64,000 nt of DNA from Candidatus Latescibacterota bacterium (GTDB lineage Bacteria; Latescibacterota; UBA2968): assembly GCA_965222605.1 (NCBI GenBank), contig OZ244960.1, positions 4,032,001 through 4,096,000 of the forward strand, in the 5' to 3' direction. The notes under the pieces were generated by a model. The model saw only the letters and a program-made list of their open reading frames with translations. It did no database searches and was not told where the DNA came from. The stretch's first letter is position 1, and each line of letters starts with the position of its first letter. A program made the translations under genes and the position numbers. Shown here piece after piece: positions 55,381 to 64,000 of the stretch.

Positions 55381-58300
55381 ATTTTCCACCGCAGCAATTT
55401 CTTCTTCCGTCAGCCCGTACAGCGCATAGACCAATTGATCTATTTCCGCTTCCTCCTTGCTAGTGTCGGCCTCTGGGTCAGTCGCTTTAACCGTTAGGAT
55501 GTGGTCAACCAACTCAACAACCGGGATTTGTTGCTCACGAGTAATCACCGGTATTGGAAATTCTTTCACATAATTGTTAATCCAACGACTTATTCCCATC
55601 CCACTTGTTTCTGCAATAAGACCCAAGTAAAAACGCATTGCATTTGAATTTAGGACACCGAGCAAAAACTTTGAGTCCATACCTGAAGGAGGTAATAAAA
55701 AATACGCCGAGTTTAGTAGATAGACTTCTTCATTACAGAGGGCGAATCGCCCCAAATCCGTCAATTCAATCCACACAATCTTTTCTTTTTTGAAGTCGTC
55801 ATAGAATGAGCAAGCTCTTAGATTTGTCCAGTGTTGCCCTTGTGCTCCACGGTTTTTGAACTTATCCCCAAATGACTCTAAATGCTGGTATATCTCAGGA
55901 TAATCTCTTTCTATATTGACTCCGTTTTTAGCCAGTAAAATATGCTGTCCAGATAGAGTGTAGTTGTAGCGAAAAATATCTCTTCCTCTCAAAATGGGTT
56001 TTATGATTTTGGCGTTGACAGGATTTTTCTCACAAAGCTTTCGTTTCTGGTCTTCATTTATAAGAAAGGCTTCATTGCTTCCAGTGGCAATACCAAGTCT
56101 AATTTTTGTGTGAAACTCTTCGAGGGTTTTTCCTGAAGATTCCAGTTTTCTTTGAAGTTCAACAAGCTTTGGTTCTGCAAGATTCCAAGACTTTGAATTA
56201 AAGAATGTTTGAGGACAATTAAAGCCATTGATTTTTACAAAATCCTCAAAACTATTACCCGAAAATGGCGAATTAACAACAATGCAAAAATCGTCGGTGA
56301 AATTTGTCGATTTACGAGATACTATTATCGCGACATTAACAATTGCACTCTCAAAAATCTGTGAGTTCTCAATGTTTAATACCCTGAGCAACATATTTTT
56401 ATTTTGCAACAGTCTTCGGATTGGTGTCCCATATTCCGCTCTCAAATATGAATTTGAGGTAATGAAGCTAAGCAAGCCTCTATCATTTTGTAACTCTATC
56501 GCCTTTTCAATGAAATAGCAATACACATCCGCAAATGGCTGGTATGACTGGTAATAATTCTTGATTTTGGCTTTGAGTTGTTTTGAGATTTTATCATGAC
56601 TAACGTAAGGAGGATTCCCAATCACCACATCAAAACCCTCCGTGATACCGAACATCCACTCAGGATCAAAGAAATCGGCAGCCGCATTTTGATCATAAGG
56701 GTTCCAATAGGCGATTTTTTCAGTCGTTTCACTGGGAAAACCATCGCGTTTTAGCAATTCACTGATTTCAGCACGGATTTGGTCGTCTTGGTCGCGGTAT
56801 TTGACTTTGGTTCTTGGGGTGCGGGCAATGAAGTGTTTTCTCCGCACTTCGCTCAACTCTTTTTCCTTTTCGTCAATTTGTGGATTGCGGATGGAAATTT
56901 GCTTGGGTTTATCCACTCCGATCAGAGTATTGGCCGCGACAAATTTCGTTTCCAAGTTCGGCAAGGGACGAACACTTCGGTTTTCCCGTGAATCGTCAAT
57001 CTTCTGATCTACGATGAGCGAAATAAAGAAACGAAGTTTGGAAATCTGTACAGCTATCGGCTGAATATCGACCCCATAGATACAGTTTTCAATCAGGTAG
57101 AGTTTGCGTCCGTAGTCGAGTTCGTTCCGTTCAAAAGCCTCATTGATATTATCAATTTCCTGCTCAAGGTCGCGGATGGTGTTTTCACGAACTGTGCTGT
57201 CGTCAATTTTTTCTGCGGTCTCAATGGTACTTTCAACTCTGGCAATTTGTCGTTGTCTCCACTGGTCGTTGCCCGGGTCGAGTTTTCCGAGAATGAAAAC
57301 CAGCTTACGTAGGATGCCCATGGGGAACTCGCCTGAACCACAGGCGGGATCAAGAATTTTGAGATCGTCAATGGCTTTGATTAACTGCTCGGTTTCTTCG
57401 TCACTGAATTGATGTGGATCATCGTTATATGCGATCAAGTGGCGGAGATTACTTTCGATTAAGTTTTTTTCTTTTTTCGACAGCACACCTTTTTGCATAT
57501 CAAGCCGAGTTTGTACCGGTTCTGCTTGGCCGCTGAGATCCAATTGCGAAGGTGGCGTTGTTGCCGAAAAGGTGTTTTTGGATTCGCAACATGCAATTAG
57601 AGTAGATTTGAAATAGGCAATCAACGACTCGTCGGTCATGTAGTTGACGATTTCGCGGGGCGTATAAAAAGAGCCGGTCTTCTTGCGGGCAGTTGTCTGC
57701 GTTTCGGGATTGTACGCAGCCAGAAGATTTTCAAAGACCTTACCGAGCAGTTCGGGGTCAAGCGCGACTTCCTCTTCAATAGGCGTATTCTCAGCTACTG
57801 TGAATTTGTAACGGTCGAGAATATCAATCAGCCCGCGTACTTTATATTGCTTGCCTTTTGTGCCGTAAGCCGCGTTGAGATCCACATTCTGTTCGTCAGA
57901 AAAGAACAAAAAATTGGGGACATGTAGCGGATTGTCGTTGCGGTCAGAAAAGCCGTCAACGCGCAGGATCTTTTTAGGCTTGTCTTTATCGGGCTTATCC
58001 AGACATTCAAACAAACCGCCATTGAGAAAAGGAATCTCCTTGAAAAAACCAAGTGCTTCTTTGGGGTGCTTGAAATACCGCTCATATCGGTAAAGAGAAT
58101 GCACCATGTAGTGCTGATCGCGTCCTCCCGATTGCTTGGCTCGGTGTCTGAATTTGCGGTTATCGGGCTTCATCTCTGTATTGAGTGTGGCAAAGAAAAG
58201 GTTTTGAAGAATCGCTTTGTAATAGGTGTTTTCCAGGGGGTCGGTATCGTTTAGGATTTTATCAATCTGCTTTTTATTAAAGAGCGTGTCTTGAACCAAT

Positions 58301-59133
58301 CCTTTTTCCTTGATAAACCACACAAAAATCAGCCGTGTGATCAAGCAGATTAAGCTCGTGGCGTTGCGAATCTCTTTATCTTTTTCCACATCGGCTGGGA
58401 ATGTCACTTGATCAACTGCCCAGAAGTACCAGTCGGAGAGTTCGCGATAGAATTGCTTGTTCAGTTCTTGAATATCAAGTGTTTTAGCCCAAGCGCGATG
58501 GAATTCAACAAAGTTGTGAACGCCGTGTGTTTTGTGCAATTGTTCGAGAGCAAGGTCGAATAGGATTTCAATATGCGCGCGGTGCGGATCACTGCAATCA
58601 ATATCTTTAATCAGCGTCACCTTTTCGAGAACATCACGGGACTCATCGCGCTTGTGCAGACGTCGGTCAATAATTGAGAAGGTCAGGGTCTGACCGTACT
58701 GGAAGAGCACCATTGCGGGCATTGGGGTCAGCTTGTTGATTTCGCGGGTAATATTGGATAGTTGCGTGCGGGTGTAATTGCTATCCCGTAGTTTCAGCGC
58801 AAAGAACAGGTATGACTCAATACGAGTGTTATCAATCTGCCGATTATCAAAAGGGATTTGTATCTTACCGCTCTCGGTGATTTCCTCTTCTCTTAATTGA
58901 AAGAGAAGATCAATTGACACCCAGTCATCTATCTGTGCCCGCTCCCGATTCATCTTATCAGATAGATCGAACTCCGCAATAAACACCTCTGCAGTGTTTG
59001 GTTCAAGATCCATCTCTAAATCGCTGTAGTAGCCGAGCATGTTAAGCAGGTCTCGGGCATTTTGGGCGAGGTTCCCGCTTCGGAAGCGTTGTAAGGTTTC
59101 AGCGATTGCCTGTTTGTATTTTATATCATTCAT
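55375..59133 (-). CDS. Large N6-adenine DNA methyltransferase (Eco57I/TaqI-C-like, type IIG-like)
   Basis: GSFYTPREIV, ILDPACGSG (motif I), VIGNPPY (motif IV), and a C-terminal TaqI-like TRD ending IDQLVYALYGLT. Confidence 0.88.
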   Translation of the reverse strand: MNDIKYKQAIAETLQRFRSGNLAQNARDLLNMLGYYSDLEMDLEPNTAEVFIAEFDLSDKMNRERAQIDDWVSIDLLFQLREEEITESGKIQIPFDNRQIDNTRIESYLFFALKLRDSNYTRTQLSNITREINKLTPMPAMVLFQYGQTLTFSIIDRRLHKRDESRDVLEKVTLIKDIDCSDPHRAHIEILFDLALEQLHKTHGVHNFVEFHRAWAKTLDIQELNKQFYRELSDWYFWAVDQVTFPADVEKDKEIRNATSLICLITRLIFVWFIKEKGLVQDTLFNKKQIDKILNDTDPLENTYYKAILQNLFFATLNTEMKPDNRKFRHRAKQSGGRDQHYMVHSLYRYERYFKHPKEALGFFKEIPFLNGGLFECLDKPDKDKPKKILRVDGFSDRNDNPLHVPNFLFFSDEQNVDLNAAYGTKGKQYKVRGLIDILDRYKFTVAENTPIEEEVALDPELLGKVFENLLAAYNPETQTTARKKTGSFYTPREIVNYMTDESLIAYFKSTLIACCESKNTFSATTPPSQLDLSGQAEPVQTRLDMQKGVLSKKEKNLIESNLRHLIAYNDDPHQFSDEETEQLIKAIDDLKILDPACGSGEFPMGILRKLVFILGKLDPGNDQWRQRQIARVESTIETAEKIDDSTVRENTIRDLEQEIDNINEAFERNELDYGRKLYLIENCIYGVDIQPIAVQISKLRFFISLIVDQKIDDSRENRSVRPLPNLETKFVAANTLIGVDKPKQISIRNPQIDEKEKELSEVRRKHFIARTPRTKVKYRDQDDQIRAEISELLKRDGFPSETTEKIAYWNPYDQNAAADFFDPEWMFGITEGFDVVIGNPPYVSHDKISKQLKAKIKNYYQSYQPFADVYCYFIEKAIELQNDRGLLSFITSNSYLRAEYGTPIRRLLQNKNMLLRVLNIENSQIFESAIVNVAIIVSRKSTNFTDDFCIVVNSPFSGNSFEDFVKINGFNCPQTFFNSKSWNLAEPKLVELQRKLESSGKTLEEFHTKIRLGIATGSNEAFLINEDQKRKLCEKNPVNAKIIKPILRGRDIFRYNYTLSGQHILLAKNGVNIERDYPEIYQHLESFGDKFKNRGAQGQHWTNLRACSFYDDFKKEKIVWIELTDLGRFALCNEEVYLLNSAYFLLPPSGMDSKFLLGVLNSNAMRFYLGLIAETSGMGISRWINNYVKEFPIPVITREQQIPVVELVDHILTVKATDPEADTSKEEAEIDQLVYALYGLTEEEIAAVENV

Positions 59134-62100
59134 TGTTGATTTTCCAATTTAATCACCAGCCAGGTTATGAGTTCAAAATCTGTAGTTTTGCTGATATGTT
59201 GTTGTTTTTTCGGCAGGACACCACTACGATCACCTAATAGGTTACCGATAGCGCGTTTCTGGTAGGTGCGACTGAGTGAACGAACCGCTTTCTGAAGCAG
59301 GTCGTTGTATTGCGTCATATTTGCGCCGTTGTTTGTCTGCTTGTCGAATAAGGCGCACAGTTCCTCATAAGGGTTTTTCGCATTCTCGCAAAGCAGACGA
59401 TACATCTCGAGAATCTTCTTGGGTTGGGCAAAGGTAAAGCGCACTTCGCCATCTTCCCGAATATAGACGAGGAAATAGGGCTGCAATGGATTGAGTTTCT
59501 CATTTCCCGTTGAATCCCCTTTTTGCCGCAGACAGAAAACAACACCCGGGGTAATCATTGGATAATCCCGGTGCGTTGGAACAACGGCATAAAGTCCAAA
59601 CGGCGCGTCTTCGAGGATTTGCCGATTGCTCTCAATATACTTCATCAGTTCGATGCGGAAGTCGTCGAGGGTAAATTCATTGAGCGCAATGCTTTCGTTA
59701 AAATCCTCAAGGTCTAACACTTCTTCTTGCAAGCGCAGGAGTTGCTTGTCGCGGTATTTGAGGTCATCAGCAATCACGCCTTGAATTTCTTCTGGCTCCA
59801 ATAGATTGTCTCCCTGCGTCGCGGCGATATCTACCAGTGCCATCCGCGCCTCAACGCGATTTTTCAGTTTGATGTAGCGGTTGAGGTCAGATGTCGGCCA
59901 AAAGTTGACAAGCTGGACCCGGCAATTGATGCTACCGATGCGGTCAATCCGTCCAAACCGTTGAATAATCCGCACTGGATTCCAGTGAATATCGTAGTTA
60001 ATCAAATAATCGCAGTCTTGCAGATTTTGTCCTTCGGAGATACAATCAGTGCCAATTAGCAAGTCAATCGCATCATCTTGTGGCATGGATTCCATCTGAG
60101 CGCGTTTCTTTGCAACCGGAGAAAAATTTGTCAGAATGTGGCTAAATTCATTTCTTCCAAAGGTCGTCTTATTTTTGGAACCTCCCGACACCATTGCGAT
60201 CTGAATCCCCAACTCATTGGTTGCCCATTGACCCAGAGCGTCATAGAGATATGTGGCGGTATCGGCAAAGTGCGTGAAAATCAACACTTTGCGATTTGGC
60301 TGTCCGTGCTTGTCGGTTGTTGGGTGTTTGACTTTTTTAGCGATAAGTTCTTTCAGTTTGGCGAGTTTGGCATCGCGGTCGGGGGTAATGTCCTTTGCGA
60401 AAAGGTAAGGTAGCTCGAGCTGTTCCTTATCGCACTTCAAATCTTCCAGCCACTTATCAACATTGAGATGCGCCATTTTGAAGACGAGTTTTCTCCCCAC
60501 CTGCATTGCTTCCTGCAATTCTTCGTCTTCAAGGGCTTCAATTTCGATCTCTTCCAAATCCAAATCAGGGTTATCATCGCGGAACTCTTGAAACCGTCTG
60601 ATTCGTTTTTCCAGTGCCTCAATTTTTGCAATCGTACGCTGCATTGTAATGGCAAATGAATGAACGGAACTTTCCAGCCGTTTGAGGAAGTTCACCTTCA
60701 TCATGCCAATCAGATAATGTTCGCGGTCGCTTTGTGTAAAGTTTCGGATCTGCTGAGTATCGTATTGGGATTGGTATTCAGGAAGAACATATTTTGAGGG
60801 ATTGAACAGAGAAAGTTGGTAATTGGAGATTTCCTCGTTCAACTCGTCGTAAGACATAAACTGCTTTTTCAGGTCAATGTCGGGAGAAATAGAGATAGGC
60901 TTACTTCGAGCTGGAAATCCACCGAGTTCTTTAAGCGAATCCCGATAGTATTCCACAATGTGTTTTCTCGAACGGGCGATGGTTAATTCATCAAGCAGCT
61001 TAAAAAAGGCAGAACTGAGTTGTTCCAACAAAGCAGAAGTTTGTCGGTGTACACCCCTCTGCTTCGCCCATTCTGTAAACGTGCGCTGTGCAGTTGCCAG
61101 TGTGTCTTTCAGACTAACAATACCGAGCGATTCTCGGAAAGCGTCATCGCAATCTTCAGTAAAAAAATAAATCTGATTGCGTAAATCTTTCAAATCATTG
61201 TTCACCGGCGTGGCGGAAAGCAACAGAACTTTGGTTTTGATCCCACTCTGGATAATATCCTCCATCAAACGTTGATAGCGGCTCTTGCGAATCAGATTGC
61301 CATCTCCGTCTCGCTTGCCCGGTGTGTTGTTTCGGAAGTTGTGTGATTCATCAATGACGACTAAATGGTAGTTGCCCCAGTTGAGGGGCGCCAGATCAAT
61401 ATCGCCCGACTTACCTCCATCGCGGCTCAGGTCGGTATGTGATAGGACGGTGTATCCAAAGCGATCTTTGAGGAAGGGATTCAGTTCGGTATTATTATCC
61501 GCTTGGTAAATTGTCCAGTTATCGCGCAGTTTCTTGGGACACAAAACGAGGACTCTGTCATTCTGCAGTTCAAAGTATTTGATCACTGCCAGGGCCTCGA
61601 AGGTCTTACCCAGGCCAACACTATCAGCAATGATACAGCCGTTGTGTTGACGAATTTTGTTGATTGCGCCCTTTACACCGTCTTTCTGAAATTCAAACAG
61701 GGCGTTCCAGATCTCTGTATCTACGAGTTGCATCTGCTCGGTGAGCAACCCACTGTTCTCTTGTTCGTCTAAATACTGCTCAAAGATGTGAAACAGAGTT
61801 TTGTAGTAGATAAATTCCGGTGGGTAATTTTGATAGAGTTGCTCGAGATATGACAACACGTCTGCTTTGACATCTTCGACCAGTTCTTTGTTATTCCAGA
61901 GTTCATCAAACCATGTTTTCAGGTCGCGACGGTCGCGGTTGCTATCTACCTCCAGATTGAGTTCGATATTGTTGCTCGTCTGGCTCAGTCCCAGTCCGCG
62001 CACCGTAAAGTTAGAACTGCCCATAATGGCTTCTTCCACGCCGTTATGGGCAATGTGGTACATTTTTCCGTGTAACAGATTTAGTGCTCTGATTGACCGA

Positions 62101-62447
62101 ATCTGTACCTTTTTTTTAATCCACTTAGCGCATTCTTTGGCAACGCGCTTTTGCTCCAGCCGATTCTGAAGTTGTAAGCCTTCATCTTCAATCTTGAAGG
62201 CTTTTTTGTCTGTCTTCTCCGGGTCGAGGCTTTTGACAAAACGCGGTTCACCAAACAAAAATCGCAGGTCTTTAATATCTACCAGCGATGCTTTCAAGGC
62301 TTCAAAAGCGTAAATTGTAAAGTACGCAGAGACTATGGAAAGTGATGAACCATTCTGGATTTTGGACTTGAGGAAATCGCCCACTGTACCCCGATGGTGG
62401 TTATCGCGGATTCCTGATATTTGCAAAGAAAGGTTATTGTTAGGCAT
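59130..62447 (-). CDS. PLD-nuclease-domain SNF2-family helicase
   Basis: LHGKMY...GSSNFT PLD half-site, ADSVGLGKT, DESH, SATP, SEGQNLQ and QRFGRIDR. ATGA overlap with the MTase. Start placed at ATG 62447. Confidence 0.88.
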   Translation of the reverse strand: MPNNNLSLQISGIRDNHHRGTVGDFLKSKIQNGSSLSIVSAYFTIYAFEALKASLVDIKDLRFLFGEPRFVKSLDPEKTDKKAFKIEDEGLQLQNRLEQKRVAKECAKWIKKKVQIRSIRALNLLHGKMYHIAHNGVEEAIMGSSNFTVRGLGLSQTSNNIELNLEVDSNRDRRDLKTWFDELWNNKELVEDVKADVLSYLEQLYQNYPPEFIYYKTLFHIFEQYLDEQENSGLLTEQMQLVDTEIWNALFEFQKDGVKGAINKIRQHNGCIIADSVGLGKTFEALAVIKYFELQNDRVLVLCPKKLRDNWTIYQADNNTELNPFLKDRFGYTVLSHTDLSRDGGKSGDIDLAPLNWGNYHLVVIDESHNFRNNTPGKRDGDGNLIRKSRYQRLMEDIIQSGIKTKVLLLSATPVNNDLKDLRNQIYFFTEDCDDAFRESLGIVSLKDTLATAQRTFTEWAKQRGVHRQTSALLEQLSSAFFKLLDELTIARSRKHIVEYYRDSLKELGGFPARSKPISISPDIDLKKQFMSYDELNEEISNYQLSLFNPSKYVLPEYQSQYDTQQIRNFTQSDREHYLIGMMKVNFLKRLESSVHSFAITMQRTIAKIEALEKRIRRFQEFRDDNPDLDLEEIEIEALEDEELQEAMQVGRKLVFKMAHLNVDKWLEDLKCDKEQLELPYLFAKDITPDRDAKLAKLKELIAKKVKHPTTDKHGQPNRKVLIFTHFADTATYLYDALGQWATNELGIQIAMVSGGSKNKTTFGRNEFSHILTNFSPVAKKRAQMESMPQDDAIDLLIGTDCISEGQNLQDCDYLINYDIHWNPVRIIQRFGRIDRIGSINCRVQLVNFWPTSDLNRYIKLKNRVEARMALVDIAATQGDNLLEPEEIQGVIADDLKYRDKQLLRLQEEVLDLEDFNESIALNEFTLDDFRIELMKYIESNRQILEDAPFGLYAVVPTHRDYPMITPGVVFCLRQKGDSTGNEKLNPLQPYFLVYIREDGEVRFTFAQPKKILEMYRLLCENAKNPYEELCALFDKQTNNGANMTQYNDLLQKAVRSLSRTYQKRAIGNLLGDRSGVLPKKQQHISKTTDFELITWLVIKLENQQ

Positions 62448-62478
62448 GGGGTACTCTTGATTTGATAATTTTGGATGG

Positions 62479-62505
62479 GGTGAACTGCTATCGGAATTGT
62501 ACACC
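62479..62505 (-). repeat. GGTGTACAAT...GTTCACC element (copy D)
   Basis: Minus strand GGTGTACAAT TCCGATAGCA GTTCACC, 18 nt after the argG stop. Confidence 0.7.
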
Positions 62506-62523
62506 ACTCGAAACTCGCCCTAC

Positions 62524-63762
62524 TCACAAAGCACTTTGTCCCGCTGCGTGTTGGGCTTTTGCGCCGACGCCCAGTACGTTTAAGAAGCCCTCGGAATCGC
62601 GGTGGTCGTAGTCGCCCACATCTTCCATTGAGGCGGTCTCTTCGGAATAGAGAGAGTGGGGCACATCTTCCGATGAATGGAATAATACGGTGCCTTTGTA
62701 TGCGGCGACTGTTATCGTGCCCGTCAATAATTTTGCCACGGGAGCGAGCGCGCCCTGCATCATTTGGGTGGATAAATCGCAGTAATATCCCTGATAGATT
62801 TGTTCGGCGAGGGACGAAGAAATCGAATCGTAAAATTTTCGCGCGCGTCTGTCCAGAACTTGCTGGAGCAAAAACTCGTAACACGTGCCGAGCAGGCAAA
62901 GCCCCGGGCTTTCATACACGCCGCGCGATTTAATACCGACAAAGCGGTTTTCCACGGTGTGAATACCAATGCCCACGCCGTTTCGCCCGCCAATTTCATT
63001 GGCTTTTTGGATTGCGGTTACGTCGTCGGTATCCGCGCCATTGATTTGCACCGGGCGCCCCGCGTCTATCCTGACGGTAAATGATTCGGGCTTATCCGGC
63101 GCTTGTGCGGGAAATACGCCCATGCCCGGTTCGATAAAATCGGCTGCGACATCGAGGTATTCAAGTTTGCCCGCTTCGTGTGTTAGCCCCAAAAAGTTGG
63201 CGTCGGTAGAATACGGTTTTTCATACGTGGCTGTAATTGGCAAATTGTATGCATTGCAAAAATCGATCATTTCTTTGCGTCCGCCAAACATATCGAGAAA
63301 TGCGGGGTCGCGCCAGGGGGCATACACGGTTACGCTGGGCTTGAGCATATTGGCGACGAGTTGAAAACGCACCTGATCGTTGCCGCGGCCGGTTGCGCCG
63401 TGCGCGAGCACATCGATATCGCGGCGGTCCATTTCCTCCAATAATCCCCGCGTGGTGACATAGCGCGCGATGCCCGTTGTATTCCAATATCCGCCTTCGT
63501 AACGCGCTTGTCCAATCAGCATTGCTATGCCCGCTTCTGCCAGATCGGTTTTTAGATCGATCAGCACGGCTTCACGCGCACCGCAGGCCAGCATGCGTTT
63601 GGATATATCATCGATATTCACCTCATCGGGTTGTCCAATATCGGCGGTTAAACTCACCACATTTACGCCGCGGTCAGCCAGCCATTTTGTCACGGTGCAA
63701 CTATCCAACCCTCCCGACGATGCAAGTGCCACCGTCTTTCCGCGCAATTCATTAAGCGTCAT
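62524..63762 (-). CDS. argG: Argininosuccinate synthase
   Basis: SGGLDS, HGATGRGNDQVRF and ENRFVGIKSRGVYESPG. RBS AAGGAAGG. Confidence 0.96.
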   Translation of the reverse strand: MTLNELRGKTVALASSGGLDSCTVTKWLADRGVNVVSLTADIGQPDEVNIDDISKRMLACGAREAVLIDLKTDLAEAGIAMLIGQARYEGGYWNTTGIARYVTTRGLLEEMDRRDIDVLAHGATGRGNDQVRFQLVANMLKPSVTVYAPWRDPAFLDMFGGRKEMIDFCNAYNLPITATYEKPYSTDANFLGLTHEAGKLEYLDVAADFIEPGMGVFPAQAPDKPESFTVRIDAGRPVQINGADTDDVTAIQKANEIGGRNGVGIGIHTVENRFVGIKSRGVYESPGLCLLGTCYEFLLQQVLDRRARKFYDSISSSLAEQIYQGYYCDLSTQMMQGALAPVAKLLTGTITVAAYKGTVLFHSSEDVPHSLYSEETASMEDVGDYDHRDSEGFLNVLGVGAKAQHAAGQSAL

Positions 63763-63775
63763 AGTTCCTTCCTTT

Positions 63776-64000
63776 TCATGCCTCATCTAAAGAAAAACCT
63801 GTACTGGTCAACATATCTATCACATTTTCGCGTGCGTGTCGGATGCGAATATCGATTTCCTCAGCCGTAAAATCGCCACCTGTGCCATTTACGCGCTCGA
63901 CTACCACTGGTCCGTCAAAGCCCGCTTCGAATGCTGTGGCAAAAATGCGCTCAAAATCCACATCCCCTTCGCCGGGAATGGGGAAATTGTTTTCTGCCTT
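63776..64000 (-). CDS. C-terminus of a sugar-phosphate isomerase/epimerase (TIM barrel, AP_endonuc_2-like), partial
   Basis: PIPGEGDVDFERIF...GFDGPVVVE. Frame runs off the window end. Confidence 0.7.
   Translation of the reverse strand, partial: KAENNFPIPGEGDVDFERIFATAFEAGFDGPVVVERVNGTGGDFTAEEIDIRIRHARENVIDMLTSTGFSLDEA

Noticed and set aside
55253-62507. Longer starts in the ORF track for TIR-TPR (55324) and the helicase (62507)
   Set aside because: Both extensions read through hairpin elements. The paralog alignment favours 55252, and 62447 is the first ATG past element D.
1-64000. Classical integron, IS, prophage, tRNA or rRNA
   Set aside because: No integrase, transposase, phage structural gene or RNA-gene signature recognised. 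The hairpins are shorter than canonical attC, so they are reported only as a hypothesis.

Overview
This 64-kb window looks like a diderm FCB-superphylum bacterium, probably Latescibacterota-like and possibly a marine-invertebrate (sponge) symbiont. That assignment is inferred from gene content only. The left part has a TPR gene, an octaheme HAO-family cytochrome, three LacI paralogs tied to a triplicated leader (sigma70 promoter, operator, candidate antisense sRNA), a 2904-aa mosaic surface protein and a DUF6785-like transporter. Two tandem four-gene modules follow (OM barrel, TonB-dependent receptor, T9SS-CTD-like cargo, PorV-like barrel). The middle has sigma54-type pspA, a doubly deleted ion-channel relic, a degenerate 5'-nucleotidase fused to a beta-barrel beside an NTT nucleotide transporter, and ileS with a candidate Ile leader-peptide attenuator. 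On the right, a ~14.6-kb defence-like island splits argG from argH (PLD-SNF2 helicase plus N6-MTase, two TIR-TPR genes, a third TIR gene, ABC-ATPase plus TOPRIM-like gene). The most unexplained signal is a family of 27-35-bp hairpins, GGTGTACAAC-stem/loop-GTTCAYC. Five copies are visible, one nested inverted inside another, with covarying stems. They sit just after stop codons at the borders of accessory blocks and may be miniature attC-like recombination sites. I saw no rRNA, tRNA, CRISPR array or integrase/transposase.
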